Made by a program: the position numbers and the translations under genes
Assembly (NCBI GenBank): GCA_963771355.1
Contig: CAVYTA010000006.1
Location: 2,592,001-2,656,000, forward strand
Direction: 5' to 3'
From: an uncultured Candidatus Rokubacteria bacterium
GTDB taxonomy: Bacteria > Methylomirabilota > Methylomirabilia > Rokubacteriales > CSP1-6
Length of the DNA stretch: 64,000 nucleotides
Notes under the pieces: generated by a model
Seen by the model: only the letters and a program-made list of their open reading frames with translations
The model's database searches: none
What the model was told of the DNA's origin: nothing
Part shown: positions 41,605-50,526 of the stretch, one piece after another
How positions within the stretch are numbered: position 1 is the stretch's first letter
How the letters are laid out: each line of letters opens with the position of its first letter

Positions 41605-43347
41605 CTACCTCCCGTAGACCCGCTTGCCCGGCGGCCAGCGGGTGATCGTGACCGGCCGATACTCGATCCGGGGAGAATCGTCCTCCGCGCGATAGGCCAA
41701 GGAGTGCGCCAGGAACCGCTCGTCGTCGCGCTGCGGATAGTCGGTGCGCTGGTGGGAGCCGCGCGACTCCCTCCGCTCGAGGGCGGACTGGACGATCGTC
41801 TGGGCTCCATCCAGCATATAGGAAAGCTCGATTGCCGCGGTCAGCTCGGTGTTGAAGGTATAGCTACTGTCGTCGAGGGCGAGGTCCTGGAACCTCTCCT
41901 GGAGTCGCTTCAGCTTCCCCGCCGCCTCCTTGAGAACGGTCTCCGTCCGATAGATACCCGCACTCTCCTCCATGACCTGGTGCATCTCGGCGCGCAGCGA
42001 GGCTATCTTCTCCTTACCGCCCGTCTTGCGCAGAAACCTCGTCCTCGAGCCTCCGGTGTTCGTCCTGAGCCTGAGCGGCGAGGACGGGCTCGTCCCGTCC
42101 TGCTCGGCGGCGAAGGCCGCCGCGGCCTTGCCGGCCCGCGCGCCGAAGACCAGGATCTCGGTAAGGGAGTTGGAGCCCAGCCGGTTGGCTCCGTTGATGC
42201 TCACGCAAGCGGCCTCCCCCGCCGCAAACAGTCCCGGGAGAGGTGTGGCCCCGTGAATATCGGTGTGAATGCCGCCCATCATGTAGTGGACGACCGGCCG
42301 AACCGGGATCATCTCTTTCACCGGATCGATTCCCACGTACTTGAGGCACAGCTCCCGGACGAACGGGATCTTCCTGTCGATCAGCTTCTCTCCCAGGTGG
42401 CGGATGTCCAGGTGGACGTAGTGCCCGTACGGTCCCTCGAGCGTACGGCCCTTCTCCTGTTCCTTGACGAAGCACTGCGAGAGCCGGTCCCGCGGGCCCA
42501 GCTCCATGGAGCGCATCACCGGCTTGGGCGTTGGGGTCCCCAGGTCGTAGTCCTGGAGATAGCGGTAGCCGTCCTTGTTCAGGAGCCAGCCCCCCTCCGC
42601 GCGCGCCGCTTCGGTGATCAGGATCCCGGTGAACGGTAGGCCCGTCGGGTGGTACTGCACGAACTCCATGTCCTTGAGCGGCGCGCCCGCGCGATAGGCC
42701 AGAGCCATCCCGTCGCCGTTCTTGATGTTGGCGTTGGTGGTGAAGGGGAAGATCTTGCCGCAGCCCCCGGTGCAGAGGATGACGGCCTTGGCGGTGATGG
42801 CTCGGATCTGCCCGGTGGACAGCTCGATGGCCACGACTCCTTGACACCGTCCGTCGTCCACGAGCAGCTTCGTGACGAAGAACTCGTCGTATCGCTCGAT
42901 GACCTCGTACTTCAGGGTGGTCTGGAACAACGTGTGGAGCAGATGGAAGCCAGTCTTGTCCGCGGCGAACCACGTCCGCTCGATCTTCATCCCCCCAAAG
43001 GGACGCACGGCGATGTGGCCATCCGGCTCCCGGTTCCAGGGACAGCCCCAGTGCTCCAGCCGCAGCATTTCCTCCGGGGCCTCCCTCACGAAGGCCTCCA
43101 CCGCGTCCTGGTCGGTGAGCCAGTCCCCTCCGGAGATGGTGTCGTAGGCGTGCTCGTCGAGGCTGTCCGCCGCTTTGATCACGGCGGCGGCTCCTCCCTC
43201 CGCCGAGACGGTATGGCTGCGCATGGGATACACCTTGGAGATCACGGCGACGCGGAGTTTCGGATACGTCTCGGCCACGGCGATGGCAGCGCGCAGTCCG
43301 GCCCCGCCGCCACCCACTACGAGCACGTCGCAGGTGAACAGATCCAT
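41605..43347 (-). CDS. frdA: Fumarate reductase flavoprotein subunit
   Basis: [17 protein letters not shown] covalent-FAD His; [27 protein letters not shown]; probable compensating indels at about 42036-42090. Confidence 0.94.
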   Translation of the reverse strand: MDLFTCDVLVVGGGGAGLRAAIAVAETYPKLRVAVISKVYPMRSHTVSAEGGAAAVIKAADSLDEHAYDTISGGDWLTDQDAVEAFVREAPEEMLRLEHWGCPWNREPDGHIAVRPFGGMKIERTWFAADKTGFHLLHTLFQTTLKYEVIERYDEFFVTKLLVDDGRCQGVVAIELSTGQIRAITAKAVILCTGGCGKIFPFTTNANIKNGDGMALAYRAGAPLKDMEFVQYHPTGLPFTGILITEAARAEGGWLLNKDGYRYLQDYDLGTPTPKPVMRSMELGPRDRLSQCFVKEQEKGRTLEGPYGHYVHLDIRHLGEKLIDRKIPFVRELCLKYVGIDPVKEMIPVRPVVHYMMGGIHTDIHGATPLPGLFAAGEAACVSINGANRLGSNSLTEILVFGARAGKAAAAFAAEQDGTSPSSPLRLRTNTGGSRTRFLRKTGGKEKIASLRAEMHQVMEESAGIYRTETVLKEAAGKLKRLQERFQDLALDDSSYTFNTELTAAIELSYMLDGAQTIVQSALERRESRGSHQRTDYPQRDDERFLAHSLAYRAEDDSPRIEYRPVTITRWPPGKRVYGR

Positions 43348-43490
43348 CACTCTCGCGGCCGGGCATGAAGAGGCAGACCGGCGCGGCCACTGGGATGGTC
43401 AATGCGGGCGAGGAATAGTTGTCCGAGACCCCGAGCTCTCGACATCGTACCCCTCGGGAAGCGGACGGTTTGCTCCGTAGAAGTCGGGGC

Positions 43491-43587
43491 AGTATGAGCA
43501 AGTCCGGGAGGCCCTGTCAATGCCATTCTCGGCGTTGCTATCCCTTGTGATTCAGCATTGACAGCGAATCGTTGTCGTACTTAACAT
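43491..43587. promoter_or_regulatory. Divergent sigma70-like promoters (frdA / GYD gene)
   Basis: Minus strand TTGACA-N18-CATACT; plus strand TTGACA-N18-TAACAT; 10-bp inverted repeat CTGTCAATGC...GCATTGACAG. Confidence 0.55.
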
Positions 43588-43635
43588 CTGCGCAGTTCCC
43601 ACTTCTTCAACCGGCCCGGCCTCATGGAGGCGAAC

Positions 43636-43956
43636 ATGGCCAAATATCTCTTCCAGGTCTCCTACACCGCGCAGGGTGCCAAGGGCCTTCTCGAGGGTGG
43701 TGGCGGTAAGCGGCGGGCCGCGGCCGAGCAAGCGGCCAAGAGCGTCGGTGGCAAGATCGAGTCCTTCTACTTCGCCTTCGGCGACGCCGATGCCTTCGTC
43801 ATCGCCGATGTGCCGGACCACGCCAGCGCCTCAGCCGTCTCGCTGGCGGTGAGCGCCTCAGGAGGTGCCCACTGCAAGACGATCGTCCTCATGACCCCTG
43901 AGGAAGTCGACCAGGCGAGCAAGAAGCCCCTGACGTATACCGGACCGGGCCGGTAG
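43636..43956 (+). CDS. GYD domain-containing protein
   Basis: YLFQVSYTAQGAKGL...GGKIESFYFAFGDAD; GGAGG RBS. Confidence 0.85.
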   Translation: MAKYLFQVSYTAQGAKGLLEGGGGKRRAAAEQAAKSVGGKIESFYFAFGDADAFVIADVPDHASASAVSLAVSASGGAHCKTIVLMTPEEVDQASKKPLTYTGPGR

Positions 43957-43996
43957 GCTCGGGGCGCCGCCACCGGAGGGAGCACGCGGTTGCGGT

Positions 43997-44305
43997 GTGG
44001 CGCCACGCGATGACCGCCGCAAGATCTTGACGCTCCACGATCTCGCCCAAGGGCTGGACGCCTTGCGGCGAGCCGGCCTCAAGATCGTCCACTGCCATGG
44101 GTGCTTCGACCTGATGCACATCGGGCACATCCGGCACCTGCAGGGCGCCTATCCGCGCTATTACGCCGGCGTCGTCGCCTCGCTGCGACACGGCGCGCCG
44201 CCGCCCGTCGACCCCGACGACGCGGTGGCCGGACTCGAGATCATCGCCGCCGCGCAGCGATCCGCCGCCGGGCACGAGACTGTCACGCTCCCGGCGGCGC
44301 GATAG
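43997..44305 (+). pseudogene. In-frame chimera: HldE/RfaE-type nucleotidyltransferase N-terminus fused to Gfo/Idh/MocA oxidoreductase C-terminus
   Basis: KIVHCHGCFDLMHIGHIRHL joined to GAYPRYYAGV...PPPVDPDDAVAGLEIIAAAQRSA. Confidence 0.75.
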
Positions 44306-44325
44306 GCGCCGCCCTTTCCGTGCAC

Positions 44326-45063
44326 CTAGCGGACCGGCGCGGACGTGTCGCCACATTCACCGAGCGCCGGCCGCTCGGCGAGCGGGTTCATCTCCGGCGG
44401 CGGCGGGAGCGAGGCGTAGCGGGAGCTTTTCGCGGCAGTTGATACCGCCGCGAACAGTTGGGGGATTCCCTCGGTATTCGCCAGACCGACGAGCCACTTC
44501 GGGAGCGAGCCGGCGGGATCGGTGAACACGCAGTATCGAACCTCGGTCGCGCCCTCGGCGTTCGCGACGGGCCGCAGGTCCCAGTGGCCGCTATTGATTG
44601 AAACCCGGACGGCGTCGGCGCTCACGCCGGCCGGCAGGCCGTCCTCGAGCCGCCAGACGAAGGCCCAAGCGCGCCGGCGGTCGACGTCACGGTATTCCCG
44701 CTCGATGACGCGAATCACGTAGTGTCGATCCTGCACGAAAGGGAGTCCGAACGAGAGCCGCTGATAGTTCTGAGCGCCACCCGATGCGTCGCGGTCCAGG
44801 ACCCGGCTCTCCTTCACGTACGGCATGAACGCGGGATATCGCTCGAGGTCGGCGATCACCGCCCGGACTACGTGCGGCGGCGCCTCGATGAGGCCCTGGG
44901 CGTTGACCTGCTTGACGTCGCGTCCGGGTATCGCGCGGGTTTCTACTTTCACCGCCGGCGGCGTTCCCCCCGGCTGGCCCCACGCGGCGGGACCGGCGGC
45001 GAGCAGAGTGACGGTGAAGGCCAGGAGAATCCAGAGACATCGAGTTTGGTCGGATCCCTTCAC
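44326..45063 (-). CDS. Exported START/SRPBCC (polyketide cyclase/lipid-binding) domain protein
   Basis: Signal peptide; IEAPPHVVRAVIADLERYPAFMPYV, DRHYV, TDPAGSLPKWL. Confidence 0.8.
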   Translation of the reverse strand: MKGSDQTRCLWILLAFTVTLLAAGPAAWGQPGGTPPAVKVETRAIPGRDVKQVNAQGLIEAPPHVVRAVIADLERYPAFMPYVKESRVLDRDASGGAQNYQRLSFGLPFVQDRHYVIRVIEREYRDVDRRRAWAFVWRLEDGLPAGVSADAVRVSINSGHWDLRPVANAEGATEVRYCVFTDPAGSLPKWLVGLANTEGIPQLFAAVSTAAKSSRYASLPPPPEMNPLAERPALGECGDTSAPVR

Positions 45064-45084
45064 TTCTGCTCGCTATTGACCAGC

Positions 45085-45819
45085 TCACTCCGGTGAGCGG
45101 TCGGCCGCCTTATCCTGCAGAAAGCCGATGGCGATACCGTACTGACCCAGATAATACGCCGGCCAGATCAGGGCGGTCAGCGGCAGTGCCGTCTTGAAAC
45201 GCCCCGCGGCGATCAGGGAGTCCGAGACCAGAAACAGCATCGCACCGATCCAGACGAACGGCGTCGAGAACCTCGCAAGGATTGCCGATACCGTCATCGC
45301 CGTGATCGCAACGCCATAGATGATCACCGGGACCGCATACTCGCCCAGCCGGGCCGAAAGCCAGCCGGTCACCGCCACGCTGTAGACGAGTACGGCCGCC
45401 GTCAACGTCAGCTCCAGGCGGCGGGGGCGCCACGGCCGTGGCCAGCTCTGCGCGAAGAGCAGAATGTACGCGACGTGCGCGAGGAGGAACGCGCCCAAGG
45501 CGAGCCCGAAGTAGCGGCGGGAACCCAGGTGCAGGAGAACGTCGCCGATGCACGAGAGCGTCAGTGCCACCGCGAGGAGGTGGCTGTCGCGCACCCCGGG
45601 CCGCGCCGCTCCGTTCGTCGTGCGCTCGACTTTCCCGAGGACTCTGAAGGTCAGCACTGCCAGCGGTGCCATGCCCAGCGCCTTGAGCACGACGCTGCCG
45701 GGAAACGGTTGAAGACCTCGCGTCGCGAGATAGGCGGCGCTACTCCCGATAGACAGCAGCAAGAGCCACTGGTCCAGCACGCCGAAGTGCCGCAGACGAC
45801 CGAACGTCAGGACGTCCAA
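45085..45819 (-). CDS. Lysoplasmalogenase family (YhhN/TMEM86) membrane protein; start uncertain
   Basis: LSCIGDVLL, AFLLAHVAY, GAMLFLVSDSLIA, YYLGQYGI. Confidence 0.85.
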   Translation of the reverse strand: MDVLTFGRLRHFGVLDQWLLLLSIGSSAAYLATRGLQPFPGSVVLKALGMAPLAVLTFRVLGKVERTTNGAARPGVRDSHLLAVALTLSCIGDVLLHLGSRRYFGLALGAFLLAHVAYILLFAQSWPRPWRPRRLELTLTAAVLVYSVAVTGWLSARLGEYAVPVIIYGVAITAMTVSAILARFSTPFVWIGAMLFLVSDSLIAAGRFKTALPLTALIWPAYYLGQYGIAIGFLQDKAADRSPE

Positions 45820-45874
45820 CCGGCCCCCGTGCGGTATTCCGTTCCCCCGTCGGCCGCTTCGTCCAAAACCCGAC

Positions 45875-46711
45875 TCAGAGATTGGCGAGCGACCGCAGGC
45901 GCGGATCCAGCTCGTCGCGCAGGGCATCGCCGACCAGGTTGACCGCCACCACCGTGAGCATGATGCAGAAGCCGGGCACGGAGGAGATCCACCATGCGCG
46001 CAGGAGATAGTTGCGCCCGCTGCTCAGATCGATGCCCCACTCGGGGATCGGGGGGCGCGGGCCGAGCCCGAGGAAGCTCAGGGAGGCGCCGAGGATGATC
46101 GACCAGGCGATGGCGACGGTGGAGAGGACGATGATCGGCGCCACCACGTTGGGCAGGACGTGGCGCAGCGCCACCCGCGCGGGCCAGCAGCCGAGCGCCC
46201 GCGCCGCCTCGACGTAGGCGTTCTCCCGCACGGACAGCACGTCGCCGCGCACCAGGCGCACGAAGGTCGGGATCAGCGACACGCCCACCGCCAGCATCAC
46301 GTTGACGGTCCCCTGCCCCAGCACGGCCACCACCACCAGCGCCATCAGGATGCCCGGGAAGGCCATCATGATGTCCACCACGCGCATCACGAGCAGGTCC
46401 GTCCAGCCGCCGATGACCCCGCACGCCAGGCCCACCACCACGCCGGCGGTCAGCGCGACCGCGACGGCGCCGAGCCCGCTGAGCAGGGACAGCCGCGCGC
46501 CTGTCATGGCACGGCTCAGGATGTCGCGGCCATACTGGTCCGTGCCGAACGGATGCGTCAGCGACGGGGGCGACAGCGCCTCCGCCGGCCTGACCTTGAT
46601 GGGGTCGTGGGGCGCAAGCGCCGGCGCGAAGAGCGCGGCGAGGGCGACGACGGCCAGGATGAGCGCACCGACGAGCGCTGACTTCCGGCGGCGCAGGACG
46701 CGAGGCAGCAT
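45875..46711 (-). CDS. ABC permease (DppC-like)
   Basis: FGTDQYGRDILSR, ASLSFLGLG, PEWG. Confidence 0.93.
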   Translation of the reverse strand: MLPRVLRRRKSALVGALILAVVALAALFAPALAPHDPIKVRPAEALSPPSLTHPFGTDQYGRDILSRAMTGARLSLLSGLGAVAVALTAGVVVGLACGVIGGWTDLLVMRVVDIMMAFPGILMALVVVAVLGQGTVNVMLAVGVSLIPTFVRLVRGDVLSVRENAYVEAARALGCWPARVALRHVLPNVVAPIIVLSTVAIAWSIILGASLSFLGLGPRPPIPEWGIDLSSGRNYLLRAWWISSVPGFCIMLTVVAVNLVGDALRDELDPRLRSLANL

Positions 46712-47649
46712 CAGCCCTTCACCGCCTCGCGGTGCCGGATGCGGGGATCCAGCGCCGCGTACGACAGATCAACCAGGAGGTTCGTGAGCACGTAGCCGAG
46801 CGCGCTCACCAGGACGACGCCCTGGATGAGCGGATAATCCTTGTCGAGCACGGCGGTGACGGCCAGCCGCCCCATGCCCCGGCGGGAGAACACGGTCTCC
46901 ACGATGATGGTGCCGGCGAGCAGGTTGCCGAGCTGGACGCCGATGATGGTGGTCACGGGGATGAGCGCGTTGCCGAGCGCGTGCTTCAGCGTGACGCCCC
47001 ACTCCGACAGTCCCTTGGCGCGCGCGGTCGAGATGTAGCCGTTGCCGAGCACCTCCAGCAGGCTCGAGCGCACGAGCCGCGCGATGACCGCAGAATAGTT
47101 GAGGCCGATGGTGGCGGCGGGGAGCAGCAGGCGGCTGATGCCACCCTGGCCGGTGGCGGGAAGCCAGCCGAGGTGGAGCGAGAAGACGAAGATCAGCAGC
47201 AGGCCGAGCCAGAAGCTCGGCATGGACACGCCGCCGAGGGCGACCAGCATCGCCGCGCGGTCGATCCAGGTGTTGTGCCAGACCGCGGCGAGCAGCCCGA
47301 GGGCCAGGCCGACCGCGATCGCGATCACGATGGCGGTCGCCGCCAGCTCGAGCGTGCTCGGCAGCTGCTCGGCGATCTCGTCGATGACGGGGCGGCGCGT
47401 GAAGATCGAGCGCCCGAAGTCGCCGGTGACGGCACGGGTGATGAACCGGAGGTACTGCACCGGCAGCGGATCGTCCAGGCGCAGCTGCGCGCGCAGCTCG
47501 CGCTCCTGCTCCGGAGTGGCATTGGCGCCGCTGAGGATGGCGAGCACGGGATCGCCGGGGAGCAGGTGGACGATCGAGAAGACGACCATCGACACCCCGA
47601 CGACCACCGGCACCGACAGCAGGATCCGGCGCCGGATGAACGTGAGCAG
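46711..47649 (-). CDS. ABC permease (DppB-like); apparent CTG start
   Basis: Typical N-terminus LLTFIRRRILLSVPV lies upstream of the first GTG; LPGDP, GDFGRS, YISTARAKGL. Confidence 0.88.
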   Translation of the reverse strand: MLTFIRRRILLSVPVVVGVSMVVFSIVHLLPGDPVLAILSGANATPEQERELRAQLRLDDPLPVQYLRFITRAVTGDFGRSIFTRRPVIDEIAEQLPSTLELAATAIVIAIAVGLALGLLAAVWHNTWIDRAAMLVALGGVSMPSFWLGLLLIFVFSLHLGWLPATGQGGISRLLLPAATIGLNYSAVIARLVRSSLLEVLGNGYISTARAKGLSEWGVTLKHALGNALIPVTTIIGVQLGNLLAGTIIVETVFSRRGMGRLAVTAVLDKDYPLIQGVVLVSALGYVLTNLLVDLSYAALDPRIRHREAVKG

Positions 47650-47655
47650 CGAACG

Positions 47656-49224
47656 CTACCTCGTCAGGCTCACTTCGTAGAGCACCGGGAAGGTCACCAC
47701 GTTGAAGCCGAAGCCTTGCACCTCCTTGCGCGTGCCCACGATGGTGACCTGATCGACGAGGCCGATGCCGGCGCCGCTCTCCACCAGCATCCGCTGGATC
47801 TTCTTGTACAGCTCCATCCGCGGCCCCTCCTCCACCATGGTGGCCGCCTGGTCCAGGAGCTTGTCGATCTCCGGGTCGGACAGCCGCGGCGGGTTGAAGG
47901 CCTGGAGCCGACTGGTGTGGAAGTTCGTGGTGAGGATGGACGGATCGGGAAACCACCAGTTCAGCTCGCCGATGCCGTGCTCGCCCTTGCGCCACGCCTC
48001 GTACATCTGCACGCGCGGCTGCTCGCGCAGCTGGATGTCGATGCCGACCTCGCGCGCCATCCCCTGGATCAGCGGAGCCATCTCCTCGTAGCCGTTGTTC
48101 GTGCCGAAGATCCACAGGATCTCCAGCCGCTTGCCGTCCTTCACCCGGATGCCGTCGCCGCCGGGCTTCCAGCCGGCGTCGTCGAGGATCTTCTTCGCGC
48201 GCGCGGCGTCGTACGGGAAGAGCTCCTTGGCCACGGGCACGAAGCCGGGCGTGGGCGGCTGGATCAGCGAGCCGGCGGCCTGACTCTGGCCGTGGAAGAC
48301 CACGCGCACGATCGCGTCCTTGCTGATCGCGTGGTGCAGCGCGCGCCGTACCGCCGGATCGTTGGTGGGAAAGCGCTGGACGTTCGGGAAGATCGTCCAG
48401 GGGGTGCCGGCGGGGACGCCGCGCAGGAGCCGCACGTCGGGATTGCGCCCGAGCCCGGCGACGTCGGCGTACGACAGGTCCTCGGCGATGTGCGCCTCGC
48501 CCGTCGTCAGCACCGCCGTGCGCGTGGTCGCCTCGGGCACGAACCGCCACGTGATCTCGTCGAGGTGCGCGGGGCCCCGATGGGTCGCCGTCGCCGGGGG
48601 CCACGCGTAGTCGGGGTTGCGCACCAGCGTCACGTGGCTCTTCGGCACCCACTCCTTCACCATGAAGGGGCCGGTGCCGACGGGCTTGCGCGAGAAGTCC
48701 TGGCCCATCTTCTGCACGGCCGTCGGCGACAGCGGCGCCAGCGGCGAGAGCCCCACCATTCTCAGGAACGGCGCGTAGGGCTGCTTCAAGCGGACGCGCA
48801 CGGTGTGGGCATCCACGACGTCGGCGCCGTCGTACGGGCCCAGGAACGCGCGGGCGACGCCCGGGGCGCCGAGCGGCTCCTGGATGCGGTCGTACGTGAA
48901 CTTGACGGCGGCGGCATCGAACGGCGTGCCGTCGTGGAACTTCACGTTCTTGCGAAGCTTGAAAGTGTAGCTCTTGCCGTCGCGCGCGACCTCCCACGAC
49001 TCCGCCAGCCCCGGGAGAACCTTCCCGTCCTTCGGATTGATCACGGTCAGCGTGTCGGTGAACTGAATCAGGATCTTGCGCGTGGCCGCCCGGTTGGTGA
49101 TGTGGGGGTCGAGCGTGTCGATGTCCTGGCGGGCGGCGTACATGATCTTGCCGCCGGGCTTCGCCTGCGCGAACGCCGTCAGCGGCGCCAGAAGGAGCAG
49201 CCCAATCGCAACGATCGTTCTCAT
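47656..49224 (-). CDS. ABC peptide substrate-binding protein (family 5)
   Basis: GAGGAG RBS; signal AFA-QA; LAESW, FHDGTPF, PVGTGPF. Confidence 0.93.
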   Translation of the reverse strand: MRTIVAIGLLLLAPLTAFAQAKPGGKIMYAARQDIDTLDPHITNRAATRKILIQFTDTLTVINPKDGKVLPGLAESWEVARDGKSYTFKLRKNVKFHDGTPFDAAAVKFTYDRIQEPLGAPGVARAFLGPYDGADVVDAHTVRVRLKQPYAPFLRMVGLSPLAPLSPTAVQKMGQDFSRKPVGTGPFMVKEWVPKSHVTLVRNPDYAWPPATATHRGPAHLDEITWRFVPEATTRTAVLTTGEAHIAEDLSYADVAGLGRNPDVRLLRGVPAGTPWTIFPNVQRFPTNDPAVRRALHHAISKDAIVRVVFHGQSQAAGSLIQPPTPGFVPVAKELFPYDAARAKKILDDAGWKPGGDGIRVKDGKRLEILWIFGTNNGYEEMAPLIQGMAREVGIDIQLREQPRVQMYEAWRKGEHGIGELNWWFPDPSILTTNFHTSRLQAFNPPRLSDPEIDKLLDQAATMVEEGPRMELYKKIQRMLVESGAGIGLVDQVTIVGTRKEVQGFGFNVVTFPVLYEVSLTR

Positions 49225-49240
49225 GCTCGTCTCCTCACGC

Positions 49241-50518
49241 TCACGCGCAGAGCTGGTGGGTCGCGTACGCGACGGCCCGCGCCGCCGTGACGAGATCACT
49301 CAGCGGAACGCGCTCGTCCGGGGTCGGCCATTCCTTGTAGATGCGGATGTCGCCCGCGCCGTACTGCACGGTGGGGATGCCGTGGGACATGAGGATGTTG
49401 CCGTCACCGACGTTGCCGAGCCGTCCCCAGCCCCCCACCACGGCGGGCGTGCCGGTGGCGAGACGCTGGCCCTCGGCGAGCGCGGTGACGAGGCGATGGT
49501 CCGGCTTGGTCTCCATCGGATCCTGGAACCACCCGTCCTCCATGCCGTTGGCGGGGATCGTCATCTCGGCGTCGAAGGCGGGGTGGGCCCTCTTGATGTC
49601 GGCGAGCAGCCGCTGCACGTCGTCGCGCACCGTCTCCAGCGTCTGGCCGGGCACGGTGCGGAGCTGGAAGACCATCTCGCACTCGCGGCTGGACATGCCC
49701 GTGTAGCTCTTCTGGTAGTAGTGCTCCTTGTGCATCGTGTCGAAGGTGTGCGTCGGGAACCCCGGCAGGTCCGGGTGCGGCGTGAAGCGCAGCCAGCCGC
49801 CGGGCTTGATCGGATCGAGGCTCGGCCCGATGCGCCGGATGATCTCGGCCTGCTGCTCGATCGGGTTCATGTACTGCGCCCGCGCCTCCTTGCTGTAGCG
49901 GAAGAAGAGCTCGGGGCTCTTGGTCTTGATCCGCACCATGACGATGCCGACACAGACGTTGGCGATCGTGTTGGCGGAGTGCTCCATGTTGATGGCGAGG
50001 TCGGTGCGCAGCCCCTTGGCCATGAGCGCGCGCGTCCCGGCGCCGCCGAGCTTGTGAGCGACCACCGGGGTGACCACGACGTCACCGCGCAGGCGCACGC
50101 CGGACCGGACGATGGCCTCCACCGCACAGATCGCGGCCACCACGCCGCCCTTGTCGTCGTGCGCGCCCATCCCCCACACCCAGCCGTCCTCGAACTTGGC
50201 GCCGTAGGGATCCACGCTCCAGCCGCTCATCTCCACGCCGGGGTCCATGTGGCCGTTGAGCATGAGGCTCGGCCCGCCGCCGGTGCCCGGCAAGCGTCCG
50301 ATCGGCTGGCGGGTCTTCTGGCCGGGCTTGGCCCAGTGGGTGACCTCCATCATCTCCACGTCGAGGCCGAGATCGGACATGTAGGTGGCGAAAAGATCGG
50401 CGATCTTGCCTTCCTCGAACGTGGTGCTCGGGATGCGGATCGCCGCCTGCTCGAGGGCCAGGACCTGCTTGTCGCTGATCCCCGCGACGATCTTGTTCCA
50501 GTCGCCGGTGTCCGCCAT
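49241..50518 (-). CDS. M20 family (ArgE/DapE-like) hydrolase with divergent active site
   Basis: LNGHMD and GAHDDKGG present; EE motif replaced by HK; terminal His absent (WPTPDE). Confidence 0.85.
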   Translation of the reverse strand: MADTGDWNKIVAGISDKQVLALEQAAIRIPSTTFEEGKIADLFATYMSDLGLDVEMMEVTHWAKPGQKTRQPIGRLPGTGGGPSLMLNGHMDPGVEMSGWSVDPYGAKFEDGWVWGMGAHDDKGGVVAAICAVEAIVRSGVRLRGDVVVTPVVAHKLGGAGTRALMAKGLRTDLAINMEHSANTIANVCVGIVMVRIKTKSPELFFRYSKEARAQYMNPIEQQAEIIRRIGPSLDPIKPGGWLRFTPHPDLPGFPTHTFDTMHKEHYYQKSYTGMSSRECEMVFQLRTVPGQTLETVRDDVQRLLADIKRAHPAFDAEMTIPANGMEDGWFQDPMETKPDHRLVTALAEGQRLATGTPAVVGGWGRLGNVGDGNILMSHGIPTVQYGAGDIRIYKEWPTPDERVPLSDLVTAARAVAYATHQLCA

Positions 50519-50526
50519 GACGCGCC

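Noticed and set aside
40092..43347. Succinate dehydrogenase sdhCDAB
   Set aside because: Gene order [13 protein letters not shown] and FrdC/FrdD-type anchors fit frd; the physiological direction is untested
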